From Mobula hypostoma (Eukaryota): a stretch of 64,000 nt of DNA. The notes below the pieces were generated by a model. The model did not search any database, was not told the origin of the DNA, and saw nothing but the letters and a program-made list of their open reading frames with translations. Numbering within the stretch: the first letter of the stretch is position 1; each line of letters opens with the position of its first letter. Positions 39,715 through 53,079 of this stretch are shown piece by piece. The DNA lies in the NCBI RefSeq assembly GCF_963921235.1, contig NC_086108.1, positions 34,164,001-34,228,000 of the forward strand, given 5' to 3'. Both the position numbers and the translations under genes were made by a program.

Positions 39715-40252
39715 AAGTGCTTGACGAAGCGGGGTCCCCCAATTTACAACGTGTCTCCCCAATGTAGAGGGCACTGCAGCGGGAGCGCCGGACACAAGAG
39801 ACGACCCCAGTTGATTTGCAGATGATGTGTTGCCTTGCCTGGGAGAAGTGTTTGGGGCCCTGAATGGAGGCGAGGGAGGAGGTGCATGGCCAGGTGTAGC
39901 ACTTGGGCTGCTTGTAGAGGTTAGTGCCTGGAAGAAGATTAGTGAGGAGGAACGAATGGACAAGGGAATGGTGGAGGGAGCGATCCCCGTGGAAAGCGGA
40001 GGTGGGGGTGGTAAAGATATGTTTAGTGGTAGGGTCCCTTTGGAGATGGTGGAAGTTGTGGAGGATAACATTTTGAATGAGGATGCTGATGGACTGGTAA
40101 GTAAGGACAAGAGGGACTCTGTCATTATTACAACAGCGGGAAGATGGGTGACTGCAGATGTATGGGAAATGGAGGAAAAACAGGTAAGAGTAGCATCAAT
40201 AGAAGAGGGAAGGAACCCCATTCTTTAAAGAAGGAGGACATCATTGATGTCC
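39715..40252 (-). mobile_element. Penelope-like element fragment (GIY-YIG endonuclease region)
   Basis: The minus strand at about 39730-39840 reads STGVVSCVRRSRCSALYIGETRCKLGD, a decayed GIY-YIG. Upstream is a VPLVLT-like linker. Confidence 0.8.
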
Positions 40253-41059
40253 TATTTGAGGGGGGGGGGGGTTCCCTCCTTCAAATTACTAGAGGGAAAG
40301 CTTTACTGTGAAATGGTTTTACTGGCCTAAAGAATTTATTTGCTCACTGCCTAGCATTACCAGTAAAAATGGTTTTGTTTTAGTTTCCTTCATGGATTAT
40401 AAATCTGCAGATCTAATAACACCCTATAAAAATAAGTATATTCTAAACAGCAATAGGAACATTTTCCCAGGTGATTGATTGAACAAATTGACATTATCAA
40501 TAAAATGGCAACTGATACTGAGGACTTTGCCAAATCAAGATAAGTAATTGAGTCTCATTAAAAAGGATCCAATTACCTTTGCGGGAATCAGAATATGATC
40601 CAGATAAGTAATTGTGTTTGGTTCTGCAGAAGAGCTAGCTATACTTCATGATTCATAACGTAGGTCGTAAAACATTTTGCTTCATTCATGATCTGTGCAA
40701 TAGTGGAATCCACGCTGAGGAAAATAGTAACATTGCAGAATAAGTTCAGATATAAACGTTGGAGGGCTGTGATTTTAATGTTAACATCGTCAGCACTTAT
40801 TGCAACCAAATGCATGATCTCCTGGCACACCGCCTGCACAGCCGAGTACTCATCAGGAGAAGGGGTGTTATCTCAGTGTGTAGATCAGTAGGGTCAATTG
40901 AGCTTTGACGAACAGCGCGCTTTGACGTACATTGCTGGGGAGGGAGCCAGCAGATCACAAGTGTAATATTCCAGTCCCCACGAGAATTATTTCCCACCTC
41001 CTGACTTCAAGATATTTTGGAGTTAAGTTTCTTCCTACTTTTCAAAAGGAGGCCATCTT

Positions 41060-41602
41060 CAAGGGATGTGATGCTGAGGCCTTATAAGGCACTGGTGAGG
41101 CCTCACCTTGAGTATTGAGAACACTTTCGGGCTCCTTATCGAAGAAAAGATGTGCTGGAATTGGAGAGGATGATTCTGGGAATGAAAGTGTTATCGCACG
41201 AGGAACATTTGATGGCTCGGGGTGTGTACTCGTTGTAATTTAGAAGGATGGGAGGGGGATCTCATTGAAACCTTTCGAATATTGAAAGGACTAGACAGAG
41301 TAGATGTGGAAAGAATGCTTCCCATGGTGGGGGACGTCTAGGGCAAGAAGGCGTAGCCTCAGGATAGATGGGTGTCCATTTAAAACAGAGATGCAGAGAA
41401 ATTTCTTTTGCCAGAACTTGTGGAATTTGTTACCACAGGCAGCTGTGGAGGTCAGGTTGTTGGGTATATTTAAGCAGAGATTGATAGGTTCTTGATTGGA
41501 GACAGCATCAAAGGTTACGGGGAGAAGGCCAGGAAATGGGGCTGAGGAGGGGGAGAAAAGGATCAGTCGAGATTGAATGGTGGAGCAGACTCAATGGGCC
41601 AA
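41060..41602 (+). mobile_element. CR1 3' fragment
   Basis: LYKALVRPHLEY-like and GDLIETF-like segments, plus a CR1 3' UTR. Confidence 0.8.
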
Positions 41603-42505
41603 ATGTGGAGGGAATGGATGGTTGACATTTTGGGTTGATATGCTGAATCAGGAGCAGGAGTATGAGGAGATGAGGTAGTGGGGTGATAAGCTGAACCAGA
41701 TAAAGGAGAGTTGATGGGTAGGTGGAACCAAGTGGAAGAAGGGAATGAAACTAGGTAATGAGGGGGAGAGGAGTGAAAGCATTCGGGGGGGGGGGAGGGT
41801 AGGAAACCAGAAGTGGAGAGAAAGGAGCATGGGGTGTGCAGGTTACCTGAAAATGGAGAATTCAATATTCATCCTATAGGATTGCAAGAATCCTCAGAAG
41901 GAATATGAGGTGCTTCTCTTCTAGTTAGTGTTTGACCTCTTCCTGGAAGTGGAGGAGGATGAGGACAGACAGGTTGGTGTGGGAACAGGGGGTGGAGTTG
42001 AAATGGCATGCAACTGGGAGGTCAGATAGCCACTGCAGACAGAATAAATGTTCCACAAAATCATTGATTTTGTTCCACCAATGTGGGGGGGGGGGGGTGG
42101 ATCACATGGAGAGCATCAAATGAGGTAGACCAGGTTAGAGCAGGTTTTTTGTGAATCCTTGCCTGACTTAGAAGGCCTGTTAAGTGCCTAGAATGGCTGA
42201 GAGAGGTGTTGCACCTCCTAGAGATGCAGGGGAAAGGGCTAGGAATGAGGAACAGTGCGAGGGTACGGATGAGTGAACCAGGGGATGACAGAGACAGTGG
42301 TCACTGTGGAATGGAGAAAGGGATGGAGAGGGGAAGATGGGACTGGTAGTGGGATCTCCTTGCAGCTGGTGGGAATGACGAAGGATGGTGTGCCAGGTAC
42401 AGAGTCTGGTAGGGTGAAAGGTGAGGACCAAGAGAACTCTACCTCTGTGCTGTCCAGGTGGAAGAAAATGAGAGCAGAAGACAGATGGAAGAGATGTGAA
42501 TGAGG
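41603..42505 (-). mobile_element. Old Penelope-like element remnant
   Basis: VLTFHPT linker (42180..42431 frame) and similarity to 39715-40252. Confidence 0.6.
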
Positions 42506-43350
42506 GCTTTTATTCACTCTCCAACCACTGTCTCCCAACTTCACCATCTCTTTCCTCCATACGCCCATCATATCCCTCCTCACAACATTCTACGTCGCCC
42601 ATCAGTCCCTACCTTACCCTTCCCTCTCACCACGTTATACTGGCTGCCTTCCCTCAACACTTTCAGTCCTGATGCAAGGTCTTAACCCAAAACTTCACCT
42701 ATCCCTTCATCTTCACAGATGCTGCATGACATATTGTGTTTTCTCAGCAGTTTGTTATAAAGCTGTTCTGGACCAGGAGTCCGCACACCCCTTGTTTAAT
42801 GGCATTGGTCCACAGCATAAAAAGTGTTGGAAATCCCTGGTCTAGACAGGGGGCAGGTGTAGGGGCCTTCAACTTTGCTAACGTTTGTGGCCAAAATTGT
42901 GAACTTCTAATTAACCATAATCTCATTCCTTCTCTCTTGAGATGAACAAATATTTGAGTAGATTCATAAAAACCAGGTGAACTTCCTCTTTCATGATCTC
43001 TGATGTAGATGAGTGTCACTCCAACAAAAGTCCTAGACATTGGAATTGTGATATCATCAAGGTCAGTGAGTAGCTGGTCATATTAAAGGATTCTCACAGT
43101 CAGCAAGTCTGGAATTAAAGAACATATTTTTTAAATTAACTTTTTAAACATTTTACAACTAGTTAGATAGATAAGAGAATGTTTTTTAAACGGATGTCCA
43201 AATAATAGAAATACATTTATAATGTGTATAGTCGGGGTTCCTTTATTTAAGAAAAAGCATCCAGTCATTCAGGTAGGATCCCAAAAGTTATTTAATGAGG
43301 CAAGGTTTAACAATTTGACCTGCAGAAGAATGAGAAGTGATTTTTCATAC

Positions 43351-43416
43351 CTTTGGTTCAAGATGGCTGCCACCTTTTCTGCATTACAACAGTTTAAAAA
43401 GCTGCTTTGGGAGATT
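43351..43416 (-). CDS. Candidate internal exon (66 nt, phase 2-2) of an unidentified gene
   Basis: Acceptor tatgtctttcag and donor AAG/gtatga. The open frame reads ISQSSFLNCCNAEKVAAILNQR, in unique AT-rich surroundings. Confidence 0.6.
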
Positions 43417-43784
43417 CTGAAAGACATATTACAATCAGCTTTTTAATATAAGCTTATTCACAGAGACAGTAAAAGATGATTCTTTGTGATAAAAGTCTTT
43501 CAGCCCTGTTCATAAAATTGCATCAAAGTTGCTACTTTTAGATATATGGTACTGTACAAATGGATATCTCTTAATACAAGAAGCAAAACAAAACCACTCA
43601 CATTTAAAAATGTGCCCCCAGCTGTGTTGTTACTTAGAAGATCTTATGTATGTGTATGCAACAAAGAATTTGAGTGGGAAGTTGAAATGAACATTGTATT
43701 TTGATAACTGCCATTATCTGGAGTCTCCAAAGCATTAAAATCAGGCACAAAGCTGAAAATTCATCCCAAAGTGTTTAAGCATAA

Positions 43785-46700
43785 GACCATAAGACAGAAA
43801 AGCAGAAACTGGTTATTCAGCCCACCGAGTCAGCTCTGCTATTCCATCATGGCTGATTTATTATCCCTCTCATCCTCATTCTCATGCCTTCTCCCCATAA
43901 CCTTTGATGCCCTGATTCATCACAAAACTATCAACTTCCACTTCAAATATACCCAGTAACTTGGCCTGCACTTCTGTATACGTCAATGAGTTGCACAGAT
44001 TCACCACCCTCTGGCTATGAATTCTTTCCTCATCTCTGTTCTAAACGGATATATCCGAATTCTGAGGCTGTAACCTCTGCTCCAAGATGCCCCACTACAG
44101 GAAACATGCTCCCCACATCCCACTCTATCTAGGCCTTTCAATTTTCAATCATTTTCAATGAGAACTCCCCTCATTCTTCTAAACTCCAGTGAGTACAGGC
44201 CCAGAGCCATAAAACACTCCTCATATGTTAACCCTTTTATTCTTGAGTTCATTCTTGTGACTCTCCTCTGGACCCTCCAATGTCAGCACATCTTTTCTTA
44301 GATAAGGGGCCCAAAATTGTTCACAGTATTCCAAGTGTGATCTGACCAATGCCTTATAAGCCACAACATTGTATCCTTGCTTTTCTCTTCTTGTCCTCGC
44401 AAATGGATGCTAACATTGCATTTGCCTTTCTTACCACTGACTCAACCTGCAAGTTAACCTTTAGGGAAATCTGCATGAGGATTCCCAAGTCCATTTGCAG
44501 CTCAGATTTTTTGAATTTTCCCCCCATTTAAAGATAATGAATGCCTTTATTCCTTCTGCCAAAGTGCATGATCATACAATTCCCAATACTATATTCTATC
44601 TGCCGCTTCTTTGCCCATCTCCCATTCCACAGACAGCTTTCTTCCACAACACTACCTGATCCTTCACCTATCTTCATACCGTCCACAAATTTGACCACAA
44701 AGCCATTAATTCCATCATCCAAATCACAGACATATAAAGTGAAAAGAAGCAGTGTCATCAATAACCCCTGCAGAACAACACCAGTCATAAAGAGTAAGCC
44801 AGAAAAGTCTCCCTTCATTCCCACTCTTTCCCTCCTGCCAGTCAGCCAATCTTCTATCCATGTTAGTTTCTTTCCTGTAGTACCATGGGCTCTTATCTTG
44901 TTAAGCAGCCTCATGTGTGGCACCTTGTCAAAGGTCTTCTGAAAATCCAAATAAACAACATCCACTGACACTCCTTTATTTATGCTGTCTTGTTATTTCC
45001 TCAAAGAATTTTAATTGTCAAGCAAGATTTCTCCATGGTGACTTTGGCCTATTTTATAATGTGCCTCCATGTACCCCAAAACCTCATCCTTTCCAACATC
45101 TTTCCAACCACTGAATTCAGGCTAACTAGCCTATAATTTCCTTTCTTCTGCCTTCTTCCCTTCTTAAAGAGTGGAGTAACATTTGCAATTTTTCAGCCAT
45201 TTCAAAACATCCCAGAATTGAGTGATTCTTAAAAGATCACTAATAATGTCTCCACAATCTCTTCAGCTATCTCTTTCAGAACCCTGGGGTATAGTCCATC
45301 TGGTCCAGGTGACGTATCTACCTTCAGACTATTCAGCTTCCCAAGCACCTGCTCCTTTGTAATAGCAACTACACTTACTTCTGACCCCGACGCTCTTCAA
45401 TTTCTAGCATATCGTTAATGTCTTCCACAGTGAAGCCTGATGCAAAATACTTATTAACTTTGTCCACCATTTATTTGTTCCTAATTACTACCCCTCCAGC
45501 ATCATTTTCCAACAGTCCAATATCCACACTTGTCTCTCTATTACTCTTTATATATCTGAAAAAACTTCTTGTGTCCTCCCGCTATCGTTCTGCCATCAGC
45601 CCACTAATTTCCCTTCCTATCAACTTAGGCCAGTTCTTCTCTCATGCCTCTGTAATTCCCTATACTCCGCTGCAATACTGATTTTAGCTTCTTCTCAAAC
45701 TGCAACATGAATTCTATCATATTATAATCACTGTCTCTTAAACATCCTTTACCTTAAGCTCCCTAATCAAAGCCCGGCCATTACTTAACACCCAATCCAA
45801 AGTTACTGTTCCCCTAGTGGTCTCAAACACAAGCTGATCTAAAAAGCCATCTTTCTTTCTTAATCTTTTTGTAAGGGGTTTCTTCTTTTATGTTACTGCG
45901 TAGTCTAATTAAAATGGTTTCTTTGTTATGTTAACTGCTGAGAAAGTTCTCCTGCTAGCAGCTTGTTTGGGTTATGTTATTGATAAGAGAGCGAACAAAC
46001 CAGTTGGGATTGATATTATTCTTTCTAGAGTGTCTTTAAGTTATTGCGCGGGTTTTTGGGCAGAAGGCGCGATAGAGAGAGAGAATGGACAAGGTTCTGT
46101 GAGCCGGTTAATGGGGTCGGACCTCAAGCAGGAGTCCAAGGTCCAGGGTCTTCGGCGAGGAGAGGAGACGGAGACAGACTCGTGTGGAGCGTCTGGTCGA
46201 TAACTGTGGTTGGTCCCAGGCGACAGGTCGAGGTGGTCCGAGAGGATCGAATGGTGAAGAGAAGATCATTACCAGAGCTCCAACTGTTGTGCATGAAGAG
46301 ATTGAACTTTGATAAGTGTAGCACCTCTTATTTCCTTTTATATTTTATCTCTATTAATTATATAGTTCCAGTAATATCTATAAACTGTAATTCATTTAAT
46401 CGTATATGGAGTATTGTCTGTTATTTGGCAGGGTGGGTTCATCACACAGCAGCCACACAAACTTAATTACCGTTTGGCGTGGCCAAGGGCTGTTTCCTTA
46501 GACGACAGCGAGTTGAGTGACCCTGAGGCTTGCCAGGGGAGGCTACATTTTTTATTAAGTTTTGAATTGATAAACATAACAATGATAATGATACAAAGAG
46601 ATCGGGATTACATTAATAACGGTTAATGTATAAAGCCATCCTGTAGGCATTCTGCAAACTCCCTCTCTTGGAATCCAGCGTGAAGTAATTTTCCCAATCA

Positions 46701-47970
46701 ACCTACATGTTAAAATCCACCATGATTATCACAATATTGTCCTTTTTACATGCCTTTTCCATCTTTCATTGTAATTTATAGCCTACATTCTGCCTGCTGT
46801 TCAGAGGTCTGTCTATAACTCCCATTAGTGTCTTTTTATCCTTGCCATTTCTTAACTCTACCCGCAAGGATTCCACGTCTTATGATCCTCTGTCATCTCT
46901 TCCTAAGGATATGATTTCATTTTTTACTAACAGAGCCACCCACCCCCTCTGCCTACCTGCCCGTTCTTTTAATGTGAATTCTTAGATGTTAAGTTCACAT
47001 CTATGATCTTCTTTCAGCCATGACTCGGAGGCGCATACAATGTGATACCTACTAATCAGTAACTGTGCTACAAGATCATCTACCTTATTCAGTATACTGC
47101 GTGCATTCAAGTATAACACCTTCAATCCTGTATTTATCACCCTTTCTGATTTTGGCTCCCTGGTACTCTTTAACTCATCCCACTGACTGCAATCTTTCCG
47201 TAACATCTGCCTGTCTTTCTTCACAATCTTACTACTCACTGCATCTAGTTGTATACCAATTGCCCTATCCTCAACTCTATCATTCTGGTTCCCATCCCCC
47301 TGCCAAATTAGTTTAAGTCTTCCCCCACAGCTCCAGCAAACCTGCCCACAAGGATATTGGTCCTCACTGGGTACCATGGTAACCCGTCCTTTTTGTTCAG
47401 ATCATAACTTCCCCAGAAGAGATCCCAGTGATCCAGAAATCTGAAGCTCTGCCCCCTACACCAATTCTTCAGCTGTGCTAGATCATTTGATTCTTACCTT
47501 CACTCTCATGTGGCATAGGTAGTAATCCAGAGATCACTAATCTAGAGGTCCTTCTTTTCATCTCCCTGCCTTTATTCTCTCTTCAGGACCTCCTCCCTTT
47601 TCCTACCTATGTTGTTGGTACCAATATGTACAGCAGCTTCCAAATGTTCACCCTCCTTCTTTAGGATGCCATAGACGCGATCCCAGACATTCCTGACCCT
47701 GGCACTTGGAAGGGAACATACCATCCGGGTGTCCCATTCACATCCCAGAATCTGCTTGCTGCTCCTCTGATTATGGCAATCCCTAACACTACTGAACTAC
47801 TTGGCCACGCGCCAACACTAGAAACCTTACTGCTTACTTATTTAGAACTTCTGCCTGTACTTGTCCAAGTTTGTTCTCACCCAAGTCTATTGAGCCAAAG
47901 CCTAACCACTCTAACTGGCCCACTCAGACAATGGCCTCTCTGCTTTCAATCCCCTTTTTTTTATTGGCCA
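43785..47970 (-). mobile_element. Old near-full-length CR1 with deletions and nested insertions
   Basis: RT remnant 44528..44971 (VYLDFQKTFDKVPH, KFVD) and APE start 46982..47377 (LYLNARSI...ESWL). The 5' region resembles 16550-16700. Confidence 0.85.
45870..46547 (+). mobile_element. Solo LTR (Gypsy-like), 678 bp
   Basis: TGTA...TACA termini, flanked by TTTT on both sides, with a CpG-rich interior. Confidence 0.75.
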
Positions 47971-50063
47971 CACCCTGATTTCAGCCTGGCGAAAAGAGCC
48001 AAAAAGGCACCGGAGATCTCCTTAAGCCTGACACTGCATCACCAATGAATGATCTCTCACGTTGATTTCAGCCCACCAAAAAGAGCCTTAAGCAGTGGAG
48101 CTCCCACCAGAGCATGGGGGAAATTTTACAATAAAAACAACCGAGACAGCTCAGTATTTGTGACAGTTCCAAGGCAGCAGAGACTTCCAAGAAGAAAATA
48201 CTGCAGATACTGGAAGTTTGAAATATAAACAGAAGAATCATTCAGCAGAGAAAAGGAGATCTCTCTAAAACATTAACACTCCATATACTTAGTAAATGCA
48301 GTCTGAACTGCTGAGCATTTTTGGATATTTCTGTTCTTTGATAAACATTTGAATGCATCACAAACTGCCATTAAGTACGATGTAACATTACCATATTCAA
48401 TAAATAATTCAAGTAATTTCCATATTTTATTGCACAAGGCACAATGGAAAATATCTGAGGTGGAAGGACTGATTCCCTGAAAACTAAAAGCTACATTTTA
48501 TATAATTTATTTCTCACAGGAAAAGTGTGTGTGTGTGTGTGTACATACATACACACTCTTCTCCCTGTTTCTTTCCAAGTATTATCAGAGTTTTTGCCAA
48601 CAAAACCCAGCAAGTAGACAGCAAGTATTCAGTTTTAACTTCCCTTGTCCTACAGATAAAAACATGTACTTCCTGAAGGTGCAATAAAACAAAAAATGCA
48701 ACCTACTTGTGATTATCTTGTGATAACCTTCAGGAAAATATGCATGCAAGATATTGGCTGGTCAGTGATTATATTTCAGTTTCCTGTGCATTATGATGTA
48801 TGTTCAACAATAACATTTTTATAATAGCTTCCCATTTCAAAAAGTCATTTTCAGTCTATTTTTAATATCCCTTCTCAATTTCTTAGATAGATTTTACCTG
48901 CAAATTCTGCTCTAATCCTCAGGGTTATTATGTTCCCTGGAAATGACTCAGCACAAGGTTAAAGAAATCTCCATGTCAATGTAAATGACTCATGGTAGAC
49001 CAACAACATGCATCACGACAACAAGCATCTTTCTCCAAATTGACGATCTAGCTTGTGGCTTTATCCTTCGCTTTGTGACACCCTTCCTTATGTCTTGTTA
49101 CATGTTTTTTTCCTGGGCTCTTGCCATATCATGGCCCATATGAAAGACACTTGAAATCTTCAATCAGATTTCTTTCTTAATGAGTGAAAAGAGTCCTATT
49201 GAAATTTTGTCAGGCACCTGCAATCTCACAGAGACATTGCCACTTATCTGGGTTGATGCTTTGAATCATGCTAGAAGTGCTGGTAAACTTTAGCCTCTGA
49301 ATAATTCGAGACAATTAGGATTTTAAAAGCAAAGGTAAGCATATTATTCTGATCACACTTACGAGGGGAGAACAAATGGTAACAATGTTATAATGGTACG
49401 ATTATGTTCTAAGCTTTGTTTACTTATCCTGCATAAATACACTACAAAGATGCTGGAAATAAATGTTGCTCAATTGAGAAGAAGGATAAACATTTTAATT
49501 ATTTTGCAGTGGTTACACATTTCTAATTACTTATACAATGTCACCCCTAATACATGATCTGTACAGCAAAGCTGTGCCATTTCAAGAGTGGCAAAAGCAT
49601 AATTATTTTTCTGCTAATTTACCTAATGAATTTATCAACATTTTAATCTTACACCAAAATAACTTCTCTGGGTCCATTGTCTGATTGGTCATGATTTGGC
49701 TCTATAGACTTGGGTCAGAACAAACTTGAACAAGTACAGGCAGAGTCTTTAAGTAAGTAAGCAATAAGGTTTCTAGTAAGTTGTTTTTCTGTTAGTACAT
49801 AGCCAGTACTCCGAGAAGTTATTTTGGTGTAAGTTTAGAATGTTGGTAAATTCATTAGATAAATTATCAGAAAAATAATTGTGCTTTTGCCACTCGTGAA
49901 AATGGCAGAGTTTTGTTCTACAGATCATGTATTAAGGGTGACATTGCATAAGTAAATAGAACTGTATAACTGCTGCAAATACATTTATTATACCAACTGT
50001 TTATTCTATGAATATTTACCGACAATTATTGAGCAGGAAATTGCACTGAGTGTGGAAGCGTAC

Positions 50064-50128
50064 CTCACTGTCATTCATGCTTTGATATTGAAATGACCAT
50101 TCACTTCCATGTAACATTGGGCTGAAAA
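50064..50128 (-). CDS. Candidate internal exon of an unidentified gene
   Basis: Acceptor catttccttgcag (an alternative AG gives a start at 50121) and donor GAG/gtacgc. The open frame reads FSPMLHGSEWSFQYQSMNDSE. Confidence 0.4.
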
Positions 50129-52960
50129 CTGCAAGGAAATGCCATCAATTCCATCCATTATTGTCAGCATTTACCACGTATCTCCACAATCACCAGATAT
50201 TCCTCAGATGTGTCCACTTTCACGTTCCACTGATGTGAGGAATCTCCCCTGCAATCGCATAGGGTTCAGCAGTCCACTGAAGATTAGAATTGGGACAGGA
50301 AGAGCAAAATTCTTCATTTAAATACACCAGAATAGCTGGATGGAAGGAAGAGGAAATGTAAGGTACTTAATATTTTAATGAATTGTTTTTACCGTTTCTC
50401 TTTATTTAAGTGTTTAAATTATTTAGTTTTAAAGTTATAGAGTTTTGCAGCATGGGATCCGGCCCTTCGTCCCAACTGGACCATGCCAACTATAATGCCC
50501 CATCCAAGCTAGTCCCATTTGCCACATTTTGGCCATAATCTTCTCTTTTAAACCCTAGTACCCATCCAATTGTCTTTTAAAATTTGCTATTGTACCTGCC
50601 GCAACCACTTTCATTGACAGCTGATTTCACATAGTGGTATATACCACTCTTTATATCGAAAGTTTCTCTTCAAATTCCATTTAAATCCTTCCCCTCTGAT
50701 TTCACTTTGTTTATGTGAATAAAATCTCTCATGATTTTATACACCTCTATAAGGTCACTTCTCAAGTCTTCTAGACTCTAAGGGATAAAATCATAGCCTG
50801 ACTAAACTTTCCCAAAAAAAAAATTCAGTCCTTCAAGTTCTAGCAGCGTCCTTGTATTTTTCTTTGCACTCCTTCCAGTTTAATAACATCTTTCCTAGCA
50901 GGGAAACCAAAACTGAATACAATACTCCAAGTGTGGCCAGAATCCCCTGCAATTGCATCATATCCTCCCAAGTTTTATCATCAATGCACTGACTTATGAA
51001 GGCCACATGCCAAATTCAATTTAATTGTTTCATTGATCAGGGATATATAGAAGCTTTAAAAGTCTTCAGCTTTGCTAGCAGGCAAAGACAAGGAGTGTGG
51101 TTTTGCCAGCTCTCAAAGATATTTCTCAATCAGACTGAGAGTGTAGCCTGCTCAAGCAATGTTATTAGGTTATACAAGTCCTCCTGCTACATTGTGTCTC
51201 ACCATTTTAGTTCTGGGCCTTATTTAGAAGCACCCAACAATGGGAGACACTGAAGAATAAGGAAGAGTACTTTTCAAATGGCAGTGGCAGGTATGGGCAG
51301 CAAACATTGGCAGCTCATTTTCAGCAGCAGGTTCTAGCTCAACCTCCTATAAGCAGATCATCGATCATCCTGCCTCTGCCTCCCAAATCCACTCCTCTAC
51401 CTCCCCTACCTGGCTCCACCTGCCCATCATCTTTCACTCCTTCTTGGTCCTCCAATCACCTGCTGACCCTGCCTCCTTGTTATGCTGGCTATCTTCCTTC
51501 TCCACATTCAGTCCTGATACAGGGTCTTGACCTGAGACTTCAACACTTCCTTCGCCCTACACATACTACTTGACTCATTGAGTTCCTCAAGTTGTTTTTT
51601 GTTGGAACATAACATACCCTGGTGCTGTAGTGAAAGTATTCTGAGTAAATAACTGACTTAGGATGGTTTTTAAGGAATGTGGAAATTACCACATAATTGC
51701 TATGCTTTAAGGCTGATCACAAAACAGAATCAACGATGACACTTAGCCACACTCATTAATTTCACCATCCAACTCCCGGTCACATAATACATTCTGATTA
51801 AAGTGTGGCTAAAGAATAGGTATTATCCATTTGGCTCATTATCTGTCATAAGGGGGGCATTGGTGGTGGACTCAAATGCAAGACACAGACACTGAAATAC
51901 AAGGAACAGGACTTGGTATGTCAAGAAAGAAAGGAAAGTTGGGAAGAAACGACACTGGACAAGACACAGGCCCTGGATGGTGCTAGGATACAGGGCTTGA
52001 GCTAGGACTAGACTAGGAAAGAGGGACCTGGACGAGGAACTAGGAACTTGGAACGTGGACAAGGACTCCGTGCCAGAGACTGGACAGGGACCCGGAACCT
52101 GGTGACAGGGTCTTGACTCGGGCTCGGACCCTGGATCTAGGTTAGGACAAGACATGGCTACAGGACGAGGAGTGGCAACAGGACTGGACGTGAGACTCCT
52201 GGACAGGACGAGGGAACCCCAGCACTGGGCTGGGCGAGGCACATGGACAGGACGAGGCACACGACAGGATGAGAACACAAAGCCTCTACTTGGTCGTGAG
52301 AGAACAGGAACACAGATCCAGGACCCCTCCTTGGGAACAGGATTTGGGGCCGAGGCTCTACACAGAGTCAGGACCCCTCCTAGGGAGCAGGACGTAGGGT
52401 CAGGACTCAGACACATAACACTGAGAGACAGATCTCCACTCAAGGTAGCGGCAAACGGCTGGACCTACCCAGCGGAGGAGAGGGCACAAAGAGACGGTTC
52501 CCAACACAAGGTAGTGGCAAACGGCCAGACCTACCTAGCAAAGGCATGGACACAGAGACAGTTCCTAACTCAAGGTAGTAGCAGATGGCCAGATCTACCT
52601 AGCGAAGGCGAGGACACAAAAGACAGTTCCAAACAATGAAAGACAGTTCCTTATCCAGACACAGCAAGGTCCCCATCTTGGCGGTTTTTATAGGATATGA
52701 CGGATAAACAGGAATAGGGTACTAGGATGGCCAAAGATGGGAGAATAAAGTATAGGTTAGATGGGATGAATAAAGTATCCATCCTGGCGGTTGAAGCTGA
52801 TGGCATTACTGGCGAGGCTTCGGGCAAAGGTAGCAGGTTCTGTCTGTCTGTCTGTCTGTGTCTTGTTTTACGGCGGTTGGCACCCAGCTTAATGGTGCAT
52901 TACCGCCACCTTCTGCTCCGGAGTGTGCAATAGACGTACATTCTAAATCCCTTCACCCAA

Positions 52961-53018
<58 letters not shown>

Positions 53019-53079
53019 CCTAACCTATACTTTATTCTCCCATCTTTGGCCATCCTGGTACCCTATTCCTGTTTATCCG

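Noticed and set aside
51823..52639. 206-aa and 161-aa ORFs
   Set aside because: They lie in low-complexity, internally repetitive LTR sequence and show no protein motifs.
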